Source of the DNA: a virus
Strand: one strand, 5' to 3'
Length of the DNA stretch: 64,000 nt
IMG/VR virus record: IMGVR_UViG_3300037993_001242
Coordinates: 96,001 to 160,000 of that record
This document shows, one piece after another, positions 47,216 to 55,087 of the stretch (positions are counted from its first letter, which is position 1; the number at the start of each line of letters is the position of its first letter). The position numbers were made by a program, and so were the translations under genes. The notes beneath the pieces were generated by a model. It had not been told where the DNA came from. It did no database searches and saw only the letters and a program-made list of their open reading frames with translations.

Positions 47216-47584
47216 CTATTTTCTTCGCTTTTGAAGTTTACGAACGTGTTCAACCGGCGGGCGTTTGACCAGATAGCGCTTGTTGTGCGTTCGTGCTCCG
47301 CGTTCGCTGGTGTATAAATCCCAATAGGGGCGTAGCAGGTCTTGACCGCGCTTTAGTCCTTTTGGGACTCTGCCTATGATACATTTGGAAAAGCGCCAGC
47401 TTGAACGTCCAACGCAACCAACGCCCGGTTTATGGGTATCTTCCCTGCCGGTGTGCATTTTCATTGTTTGCCAGCGGACGAACTGAAATGAACCCACGTC
47501 AGCACCCGAAAACCGCATGTAAAGAGTTTGGCCCCGCTTGATGGGAGTTATCTTGATTTTATCAGACAATTTTTGCGCGTTCAT
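47216..47584 (-). CDS. Basic hypothetical early protein
   Basis: TTGACA-N17-TACATT 6 nt upstream. Confidence 0.6.
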   Translation of the reverse strand: MNAQKLSDKIKITPIKRGQTLYMRFSGADVGSFQFVRWQTMKMHTGREDTHKPGVGCVGRSSWRFSKCIIGRVPKGLKRGQDLLRPYWDLYTSERGARTHNKRYLVKRPPVEHVRKLQKRRK

Positions 47585-47638
47585 ACCAGTAATGTATACG
47601 GGTATGACAATAATGTCAATAGAAAAATTTAATCGCCT

Positions 47639-48568
47639 CTACTTGGGTTCATGTGGCTCGTTGCCACCCGCATGACCACAAACATCGCCCCCGGTATCAT
47701 CCACCAAAACGCCCTGTTCCTGCTTGACCCGCTTGTTGCAGTGAGCGCAACGGTGAGACCATGTTGCTCCGAATTTACCGCGCTCTATATCCTGCTGAGT
47801 CAATTCGACCCATATCTGCCTTAATTGATCCCAGTCCCCTTTTTCGGCAACCCCCGCGTAAATTAAAATGGCCTGATCCAGATCATAACCGGCCTTCGTC
47901 AACTCCGCTCGCGCCAGCGCTTCAGCATCTTCCTTGGAAACAGCTTGAACCGGATAGTCAAGCGCCGGTGGGCCATCTACTTCAATATCCCTACCCTCAA
48001 CGTCTTTGGCTCCCTCGAATGATACGATCCAGTAGTGACCGGGCAGCTTTTTAAGCATAACCCGTGGGTCAACTTCGTCGGGATCGATGGCTTCCCTGAC
48101 TCGTTGCACGCGATCCCGGTGGTCTGCCCATTCCTGTTTGGCGCGCTTTTTCTCCACGCCGGTCATGTCGAACGGACTGGTCACCATGCTCCAACGCCCG
48201 CAGGCGCATTTCCACCCATCCCACGATGATACCAATCGGCAGGGCTTGTGGCCGTGCTTGAGGCTGAAGCGCTTGAAGTTGATGTCATCAGGATCGAGCG
48301 CTTCGTTACGATATTTGGGCTTTGAAACGATCCCGTATTTTCGTTCCAGTTCTTCTCGTGGTGTATGGTATATTTCTTCCTCTTCCACTTGTTGGGGCCA
48401 ATCACTGAATGGACAGGTTAAATCAGCACAGTATCCTGATTGGTCAACGTCACTACCGCATTTTTTACAAAAACCCGGTATGTGAAGTACTTGCTGTTTG
48501 AAGTCAACGTCGTCAGGATCAGCTTCCAGCAGGCGGGAAACGATGAATTGTGCTCGCGGGGTGTTCAC
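47639..48568 (-). CDS. LLE/DPD-leader multi-module protein
   Basis: RAQFIVSRLLEADPDDVDFK, NEALDPDDINFK, REAIDPDEVDPR; Cys-rich modules. Confidence 0.78.
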   Translation of the reverse strand: MNTPRAQFIVSRLLEADPDDVDFKQQVLHIPGFCKKCGSDVDQSGYCADLTCPFSDWPQQVEEEEIYHTPREELERKYGIVSKPKYRNEALDPDDINFKRFSLKHGHKPCRLVSSWDGWKCACGRWSMVTSPFDMTGVEKKRAKQEWADHRDRVQRVREAIDPDEVDPRVMLKKLPGHYWIVSFEGAKDVEGRDIEVDGPPALDYPVQAVSKEDAEALARAELTKAGYDLDQAILIYAGVAEKGDWDQLRQIWVELTQQDIERGKFGATWSHRCAHCNKRVKQEQGVLVDDTGGDVCGHAGGNEPHEPK

Positions 48569-48894
48569 GACTGCGATACCGCGCTCATGGCCGTCTGCTC
48601 CACGTAGCGCTGGGCATCGTCACGCGTGGCAAAGCCATCTTTTTGGGGAGCGCGCCGGGGCATGGCAAACCAAGGACTTTGCAGCGTCCGGGCCTTGGCC
48701 TCCGGCGTCATGGACGGCGGCAGGTTGGTTTCCATGTGCTTGCTGATCATGCCCAGCCACCGGCCATCCGACGAATGTACACCGTAAACTTCCGGCTGGT
48801 CTTCGACCGGTTGCAGCGTGCTGGATAGAGGAGCCGCACTCGTCGGTTCATCTTCCAGCAAAAAGGATACCATCTGGCGTGCTCTGGTGCTCAT
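48565..48894 (-). CDS. LLE-leader protein
   Basis: MSTRARQMVSFLLEDEP. Confidence 0.7.
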   Translation of the reverse strand: MSTRARQMVSFLLEDEPTSAAPLSSTLQPVEDQPEVYGVHSSDGRWLGMISKHMETNLPPSMTPEAKARTLQSPWFAMPRRAPQKDGFATRDDAQRYVEQTAMSAVSQS

Positions 48895-48896
48895 GT

Positions 48897-49235
48897 TCAG
48901 CCGCTTGTTTTGTCGTCTTTTTGAGGATGCCACTTAAAGCGAGTGGTCAAATCGTGCTTGAACGACGGCGTTTCCGCTTTAGGCGGTATTTTAATCTTAA
49001 TCGTCGGCCTGCTTGCTTTAGGTTCAGCCGAGATGGCTGAGGTTTGCTCGTCCGGCTCCACTGTTGGTACCTGCGCAGAATACGCCCGTTGACCCAAAAA
49101 GTCCTTGGCCGTGAATTTGAACTTTTTAAAACCGCTTTGCCGCCACGGATCACTTGCGCCACCAACAGGCACAGGTGTATTTCCAGCGTATTCCAGCAGC
49201 TTGTCTACGACTTCGGCAGCAGTTAGTTTGACCAT
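48897..49235 (-). CDS. LLE-leader protein
   Basis: MVKLTAAEVVDKLLE; GTAGTTA 5 nt upstream of 49235. Confidence 0.7.
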   Translation of the reverse strand: MVKLTAAEVVDKLLEYAGNTPVPVGGASDPWRQSGFKKFKFTAKDFLGQRAYSAQVPTVEPDEQTSAISAEPKASRPTIKIKIPPKAETPSFKHDLTTRFKWHPQKDDKTSG

Positions 49236-49251
49236 TGCCTTAACTACGACA

Positions 49252-49932
49252 TCATCTTCCACGATACCTCACCGAACCTTGGCGCACCAACGGACGACCC
49301 ATCCGATAACGCGTCAATCTTGATTTTGGCATCCGTACGATTGCCGGTGAATCTGGCTCCTTATTGATGGTGGCAAACGCCCGTTCAACCCGGCTGGCAT
49401 TCAAGCTTACAGGTAGTAGTGGTCTCGAAAACGCCCTTTCTATCCAAGCATCCATAAAAACATAAAGCTCCTTAATATCTTCAAACGAATGCGTGTGCAG
49501 AACACGAATGATGCCAATCATCTCCGTTTCAAATTCTTCCAGATCAGAGTGCTCATGTATCGAATAATGCCGGGTAAATTCACCGTCTGGCGTCACCACC
49601 AACACATGCTTGATCCCGCGCCGCCCCGACACGCGCCGAAACCATCCAAAAGCAAACCAAGTCGTCAACGTGTTGTCCAAAACGTGACCATCCGCGCCAC
49701 AATTCACAAATATCCGGCAAAAACTTGCTGGACGCTTTGACCGTTCGTGTTTGTAGCCTCTGGCCAGTGGAACATCTCGAACGTATGCCTTGAGATGATT
49801 GCTGCTCGCCGATTTATTAAGATTAAACTCCAAGCGCTTCAACCGCTCGGTTACGTTCAGATGATCCCATACGTAGAAATCGAGGGCGTCCGGGTCAAAC
49901 TTCTGGTGCTGGTGTTGAAGGGGCTTTTTCAC
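49252..49932 (-). CDS. Hypothetical protein, start uncertain (possible +1 frameshift partner of upstream gene)
   Basis: Protein-like sequence begins at FDPDALDF across the upstream stop; nearest GTG is at 49932 inside the upstream gene. Confidence 0.55.
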   Translation of the reverse strand: MKKPLQHQHQKFDPDALDFYVWDHLNVTERLKRLEFNLNKSASSNHLKAYVRDVPLARGYKHERSKRPASFCRIFVNCGADGHVLDNTLTTWFAFGWFRRVSGRRGIKHVLVVTPDGEFTRHYSIHEHSDLEEFETEMIGIIRVLHTHSFEDIKELYVFMDAWIERAFSRPLLPVSLNASRVERAFATINKEPDSPAIVRMPKSRLTRYRMGRPLVRQGSVRYRGR

Positions 49933-50419
49933 TGGGTTCTTCTTTGTACCGCGTGAACGGTTTGATGGGTTTGTCAAACCAGACCACGCTGTCGTCGTTC
50001 ATTTCCGCACCGACATAATCGGTCGGCAATATGGCCATTTGGCCTTCACTCGGTTTCCTGTACGCCGACCGCAAACCATAACCTTTAGCCGCTAAAGCGG
50101 CTTTTCCTTTGGCATACGGGCCGGTACCGGAATAATGAAGCTGCTCACCGGTGATAAATCGCTTCACATCTTTACGCTTTTTGCCGTACCGCGCAAGTTC
50201 GCGCTCAAGTTCTACCACACAACGAAGTTCGTCCCACGTAGCATCGGCTTTCCGACGCAGGGTCTTCAACTGGAGAAATTTGGCATGAATCGAATCCCAG
50301 TGTTTAAAAAGTTCAGAGTGTTCGCCGGTCGGCTCGTCGGCTCCCTGCGGCGGAGGCGGCACCGGCTGGTCAAGATCAGTTTCAGTCAAAACATCCACTA
50401 TGTTTTTCGCTTTGCTCAT
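49895..50419 (-). CDS. LLE-type leader protein
   Basis: MSKAKNIVDVLTETD; GTAATTA 4 nt upstream. Confidence 0.7.
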   Translation of the reverse strand: MSKAKNIVDVLTETDLDQPVPPPPQGADEPTGEHSELFKHWDSIHAKFLQLKTLRRKADATWDELRCVVELERELARYGKKRKDVKRFITGEQLHYSGTGPYAKGKAALAAKGYGLRSAYRKPSEGQMAILPTDYVGAEMNDDSVVWFDKPIKPFTRYKEEPSEKAPSTPAPEV

Positions 50420-50682
50420 AGTCTAATTACTTCGCCACACCGGACACAAACATCGCAGACATACTGCTTTTCCGTCACGTCATTGCCGTTTCTTAACATT
50501 CGTTCAAACGTATCCAACGCTTCCATCTCCTCGCCTATCGGAGCCGCATCTATAAGGCGCTCCAAATCCTCAGCCGTCGACGGCGGATGATGAACATGAG
50601 AATCCACGCTGGCCGTGTTGTAGCGCGGCTTAAACTTATGGCCGAAAATCAGCCCAAACAGTCCTCGACAGCGCTTATTCAT
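50416..50682 (-). CDS. Small Cys/His protein (DUF1660-like)
   Basis: CRGLFGLIFGHKF...CVRCG. Confidence 0.6.
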   Translation of the reverse strand: MNKRCRGLFGLIFGHKFKPRYNTASVDSHVHHPPSTAEDLERLIDAAPIGEEMEALDTFERMLRNGNDVTEKQYVCDVCVRCGEVIRL

Positions 50683-51751
50683 TATTCAATCCAACCAAAG
50701 TATGATCGAGCCAAATCCGTTTATGGGTCTTCCAAAATCCCTGTTTGGCCGCTTCATCAGCGTTGGCCCAGTCTATGTAGCCATCCGCCGTGCGTGGCAG
50801 CAGGGCCACCGGCACCAATTCGCTCTTTTTGCCGATCACTTGATACGTCCAGTGAGCGGCCCGGCGATGAAGCGCCGGACTGGCATGGGTTCCGGTGCCG
50901 TCGCTCTGGCGCACCATGCGGTAATTGGCTCCGATAATGATGGGTGCCCAAATTGCCGGGCGTTCCACGCCTCGTTTCACTTTGGCTGGACGATCCACTT
51001 TTTCCTTGCCAACCAGACCATCACGCCAGTTGAGTACGCACAGAAGTTTGAGCATCAACAATGACACTTTATCGGTGGCTTCCTTGTTCTTGGCCACCAC
51101 GTTTGCCGGGGCACCTGTCCAGTCGGTATAGTCAAAATCCTTCGTGATAGCGTCAGCCAAGGTCTCGTTCCAGTAACTGGACACGTAATTTTCCATACGG
51201 CCATTTTTCCACGCATACCACATCCATGACACCTTGTCCTGTGTCGCCTCGATCTCCGGCGCGCCGGGAAAGTACTTGCAGGTCATCGGCTTTTTCCATT
51301 GCTGACACGCGTATACATAGCAGGTATCGATACCCAGATAATCGTGCATGAATTTCGCTGGAAATCCAAAAACCAAGCCCGGCATGGGCCACTTCAGTTC
51401 CTCGATCCGCAGGTCTTTGGGCAGTTCCGTCGCCGCCACCGCCCGGATGAACTCGTCGGCCACGTAGTAAACCGGCACATCTTGGTTGATGACCTCGTAA
51501 CAAATCGCCTGCGCTGTAATCCGTTGGGGTATCACCGGTCTGCCGGAAGCGATGTCCTCTGCATTCTCACCGACCATCACATGCAGCCCGACGGCAACTT
51601 CCTTGCTGCTGTGATACGTGCCGGGAGCCTGTCGTTTTTTCGGCTCGTAGATGGACAACATCAAAAGCGGAATGTCGGCGTGCATATCCTGCATCACCGC
51701 GCTCAAGGTGGGCCAGCGCTGCATCATCTTAGCTTCGGCAGGATCAATCAT
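50675..51751 (-). CDS. Hypothetical protein
   Basis: 358 aa; HASPALHRRAAHW. Confidence 0.65.
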   Translation of the reverse strand: MIDPAEAKMMQRWPTLSAVMQDMHADIPLLMLSIYEPKKRQAPGTYHSSKEVAVGLHVMVGENAEDIASGRPVIPQRITAQAICYEVINQDVPVYYVADEFIRAVAATELPKDLRIEELKWPMPGLVFGFPAKFMHDYLGIDTCYVYACQQWKKPMTCKYFPGAPEIEATQDKVSWMWYAWKNGRMENYVSSYWNETLADAITKDFDYTDWTGAPANVVAKNKEATDKVSLLMLKLLCVLNWRDGLVGKEKVDRPAKVKRGVERPAIWAPIIIGANYRMVRQSDGTGTHASPALHRRAAHWTYQVIGKKSELVPVALLPRTADGYIDWANADEAAKQGFWKTHKRIWLDHTLVGLNNE

Positions 51752-51983
51752 GGCATTCTGCCTTTTTAAGGAACCACCAAACCGCCGCTGCCAGCAGGAG
51801 ATAGGCGAGTGCCAGAATCAGAAATTCCGTGTCCAGCCGGTCAATGCGGTGTTGTAGTTCGGCAATCTGGCCGCTGGCGTACGACGCGTTGGCTCTGGCC
51901 ATTTCAAGGGTTTGGTGCATCATCTGCGCGGTAGGATCGTTGGTACCGTGAGGCAGAGCAATAACTGCAAACAAAGTTTTCAT
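51744..51983 (-). CDS. Small membrane protein
   Basis: C-terminal TM helix. Confidence 0.55.
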   Translation of the reverse strand: MKTLFAVIALPHGTNDPTAQMMHQTLEMARANASYASGQIAELQHRIDRLDTEFLILALAYLLLAAAVWWFLKKAECHD

Positions 51984-53089
51984 AATTTGGTTTCGATATA
52001 AGGTTCAGGGAACGGTCGAGCCACAAATTTAAGTGACTCGAAATAGCGATAGTCGTCGGCTCCCGCAATGAAACCGTGGCCTTTCAAATTCAATACAAAT
52101 CGGGTGACATTTTCCGGGCCGTGACCATCCCAAATCTTTTCCGCGATGTCGCCCGCTTCCTGATACGCACCACAGGGCCAGAGGGTGTCAATAAAATCGG
52201 CTCCAGCCACGTAAACGTGGCCATGAATCAGGTATTTGATGCGTGGATAAGTCGCGAACAAATGCGCCTGTATCGGAGTATCTACGGAAGGTTTATGTTC
52301 ACCAAAATACTTGTAGACAGTTTTTGGCCCCGACCCCGGAGTCAAGATCACCGGCACAAATCCATCCGCACCAATGGATGCTTTGTCGATGTTGCGCCGT
52401 GAAATAAAAGCAATGTCGCCATCCCGAAAGGCGGGAAAACCGTGACTACACCGAAAGGCAGCATTCCCGACGAAACGCTCAACGATCTTGGGCACTGGCA
52501 ACAGCCCACTGAATTGCTGCGCTGCCGTGCGGATGTAATCAAAAAATCCGGTTTCTTCCGGCACTGGCGGTACGGCACCTTCAATCCGCTCGGTGCCAAT
52601 GCGCAGGACGGTCGCTAAAAACTTCAGACGATTGCCAATGGCACGGCCCATGTCCGTAAAATCCATGGACTCGTAAAACAAATTGCCCAACGGATCATAT
52701 AAGCGGGCGCGATAACGGCTATCCTGCTTGGTGAATACAACGACCAGATTGGACTTCAGGTGAAGCGCGTGCTGGATGATTTGCGCCAGATCATAATTCT
52801 TTTCGACCACGCGCTTGGAAGTCACCAACAGGCAGGTTTTGTTCTGGGCCTTGATCTCGCGCACCGTGGTTTTGGGCGCGTCGTTGGGCACGTTGGCAAT
52901 CCAGATCACCGCAATACCGAGTGTACGCGCTGCCGCACTGGCCTCTTGCAATTTCTCCAGTCCGCCGCCATTGATAAAGATACCCTCTGCACCGAGAACG
53001 TCGGCCACGCCGCGATGCAGCGCTGCCGCAAGACTGGAAGGTCTGCCGCCAGCATTGTCAAAATTGCCACCTACAAAAACGTATCTCAT
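51980..53089 (-). CDS. Class II aldolase/adducin-like protein with N-terminal extra domain
   Basis: GNAAFR, ISRRN, KPSVDTPIQ, IHGH, LKGHG. Confidence 0.7.
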   Translation of the reverse strand: MRYVFVGGNFDNAGGRPSSLAAALHRGVADVLGAEGIFINGGGLEKLQEASAAARTLGIAVIWIANVPNDAPKTTVREIKAQNKTCLLVTSKRVVEKNYDLAQIIQHALHLKSNLVVVFTKQDSRYRARLYDPLGNLFYESMDFTDMGRAIGNRLKFLATVLRIGTERIEGAVPPVPEETGFFDYIRTAAQQFSGLLPVPKIVERFVGNAAFRCSHGFPAFRDGDIAFISRRNIDKASIGADGFVPVILTPGSGPKTVYKYFGEHKPSVDTPIQAHLFATYPRIKYLIHGHVYVAGADFIDTLWPCGAYQEAGDIAEKIWDGHGPENVTRFVLNLKGHGFIAGADDYRYFESLKFVARPFPEPYIETKL

Positions 53090-53141
53090 GGTTCATTGCT
53101 GGCCTGCCAACAGAGGTTGGCAGGCCAATTCAACGCGTTGA

Positions 53142-53507
53142 TTATTGCTGCCGGTTTTTGCGCGCACGCACGGCAAGACTGGCCTTTTGCGCCCGCAACA
53201 GTACGGCATACGGAACGTGCTCGCAACCAATGTACACGTCGCCCAATTTGCCATCATAGTCACCACCGTCATTGTCGACGGAAAAGTTGACCGTATGGCC
53301 GCCGGTGACTGATCTAATGGTCTTGGGCGGCTTGGGCTGGTCGTGCATGTACCGGGCGTGTTCCACAATGCGATCCAGTTCTGCCGCTGTCACCTGCTTC
53401 TTGCCTGCTTCCTCGCCGCCTTGATAGTCACAGATGGCTCCGGTGGCGTCCACACAGAGGGCCAAGTCACTTGGTAACGCTATGGTTGGTAGTTTGGTGT
53501 CTTTCAT
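53142..53507 (-). CDS. Hypothetical protein
   Basis: Coupled ORF. Confidence 0.55.
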   Translation of the reverse strand: MKDTKLPTIALPSDLALCVDATGAICDYQGGEEAGKKQVTAAELDRIVEHARYMHDQPKPPKTIRSVTGGHTVNFSVDNDGGDYDGKLGDVYIGCEHVPYAVLLRAQKASLAVRARKNRQQ

Positions 53508-54091
53508 AGTTTTGTCTGATGTTTTGTTTTACTGTTTGTTTTGATATTCCCGCCACGTGGCCGGAAAGCGCCGTAAATTTTCTTGGGAGGCTCGGCAAAG
53601 TAGCGCAGCAGCGCCGGGCAGAACCAACCTTCCATTTTGAGTTGCTCGCAAAAGTACCAGTCGCCGGTGCCGCTTTCGTCCCCGCGCAACCACGTTAATT
53701 CGATGATCGTCCCCGGAAATGGCCGGTCGGAAAACATGCAGATGAATCCGTTTTCCGCATCAGGAATCTTGGAGGTTATCGTGTCGAGGATGGTGTCCAC
53801 CCCGGACACGAAAGCCTCCTTGTTCAATCCCGTGGCGGGGTCGTCAAAAACCCACAGTCCGTTCCACTTGTAGGGCATGATGACGCGGATTTCGTTGCGC
53901 GGTGAAACAAGGGCGCGGCAATCGCCCAAAGTCAATTCGACGCTGCTTAGTCCGTGCTGGGCATACGCGATCAGCGTATCGTCAGGATGCCGCTGATTGA
54001 AGCAGGGCGACCCTTCGTACAGGTCGTGGATGCGCACGATCTCCGCAATTTTTTGAAACGCCGAGGCAAACGTTGAGGGGGTATCGTTCAT
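53504..54091 (-). CDS. DUF6717-like protein with N-terminal extension
   Basis: IMPYKWNGLWVFDDPATGL.KEAFVSG...EGWFCPALLRYF. Confidence 0.7.
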   Translation of the reverse strand: MNDTPSTFASAFQKIAEIVRIHDLYEGSPCFNQRHPDDTLIAYAQHGLSSVELTLGDCRALVSPRNEIRVIMPYKWNGLWVFDDPATGLNKEAFVSGVDTILDTITSKIPDAENGFICMFSDRPFPGTIIELTWLRGDESGTGDWYFCEQLKMEGWFCPALLRYFAEPPKKIYGAFRPRGGNIKTNSKTKHQTKL

Positions 54092-54092
54092 A

Positions 54093-54431
54093 TCAGTTGC
54101 GGCTGGCCGTGGCTTTGCGATAAACCCAAACGGCCATGTCTTTGGGCATGACGACGACCGTGACTTCGGCGGGATGATTGAGCACAAAGACGCCAGAATG
54201 GTCGATCCCCTCTGATGTGTTGGCTTGAACGACCATGGCGCTGAACTCCGTGGATTTGCCCTCCAAGCCGCGAGAACCTTTGGGGGTGGATTTATCCGTC
54301 CAGACAATTTCACCGGTGTCAACTGCCTCGGTGAATCGGTGCAAGTACTTTACCGCGCTGGCAATCACGCCAACACCGTTGACGGCGGCAACCGCAGCAT
54401 CTCTTAACGCTTTATCGAAATTATCGTCCAT
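54093..54431 (-). CDS. Hypothetical early protein
   Basis: TTGACA-N17-TACGGT upstream. Confidence 0.55.
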   Translation of the reverse strand: MDDNFDKALRDAAVAAVNGVGVIASAVKYLHRFTEAVDTGEIVWTDKSTPKGSRGLEGKSTEFSAMVVQANTSEGIDHSGVFVLNHPAEVTVVVMPKDMAVWVYRKATASRN

Positions 54432-54482
54432 GCTCAAAGCACCGTATACAATAACCGGCACTCTGTCAACACTAAAATTTAA

Positions 54483-54767
54483 CTAAAAAAGGCGCGATTC
54501 AACCAGCGGTTCAAGCTCGGCGGCGTAAAAATATAGATTGTCTCCGGGTTCAAATCCGTCGACGTGTATCCAAACCGAATCTGGATCGTCGGTTGTTGTA
54601 ACCACAGTTGCTTTTTCGCGAGGCCAGCCGCGCTTGTTGAGCATTACCCGTTCTCCCTTCAAAAATCTCTGCCGCTGCTGCGGACGCGCCATACGCACAT
54701 AATGCTTCGGATCAACTTCGTCCGGGTCGGTTTCCAGCAACCTGTTTACAAGATCGTGCGTGTTCAT
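54483..54767 (-). CDS. LLE/DPD-leader protein with SH3/KOW-like domain
   Basis: MNTHDLVNRLLETDPDEVDPKHY; FLKGERVML...YFYAAELEP. Confidence 0.78.
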   Translation of the reverse strand: MNTHDLVNRLLETDPDEVDPKHYVRMARPQQRQRFLKGERVMLNKRGWPREKATVVTTTDDPDSVWIHVDGFEPGDNLYFYAAELEPLVESRLF

Positions 54768-55087
54768 ACATTTTTAGGCCCGATGTATTGAATACTGATG
54801 ACGTAAGACACGTCATCCTTGGGCACCAAATCCGGTCGATTGAGCGCGTCAATGGCATTGAAAAACTGTTCCACCCAAATCGTTTCATCGATTTCATCGT
54901 CAGGTTCAGTCCCAGCGGGCGGCGCAAGCGGCACGATCACAACCGCAGTATATCCTTCTTCCGGCGTGGGCAAGTCAACGGTGACGTGGTACTCGTACAG
55001 CAGGTTGATGTGCTGCAAATAGTCCTTCGGACGAAGTTCGTCCGGGCCAACTTCCAGCAACCGGTTTACAATGTTGTGCGCATTCAT
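54764..55087 (-). CDS. LLE/DPD-leader protein
   Basis: MNAHNIVNRLLEVGPDELRPKDY. Confidence 0.78.
   Translation of the reverse strand: MNAHNIVNRLLEVGPDELRPKDYLQHINLLYEYHVTVDLPTPEEGYTAVVIVPLAPPAGTEPDDEIDETIWVEQFFNAIDALNRPDLVPKDDVSYVISIQYIGPKNV

Noticed and set aside
47584-47641. TAG at 47639 is in frame with the next gene (47584)
   Set aside because: The spacer holds a strong independent promoter and encodes no protein-like sequence; likely coincidence
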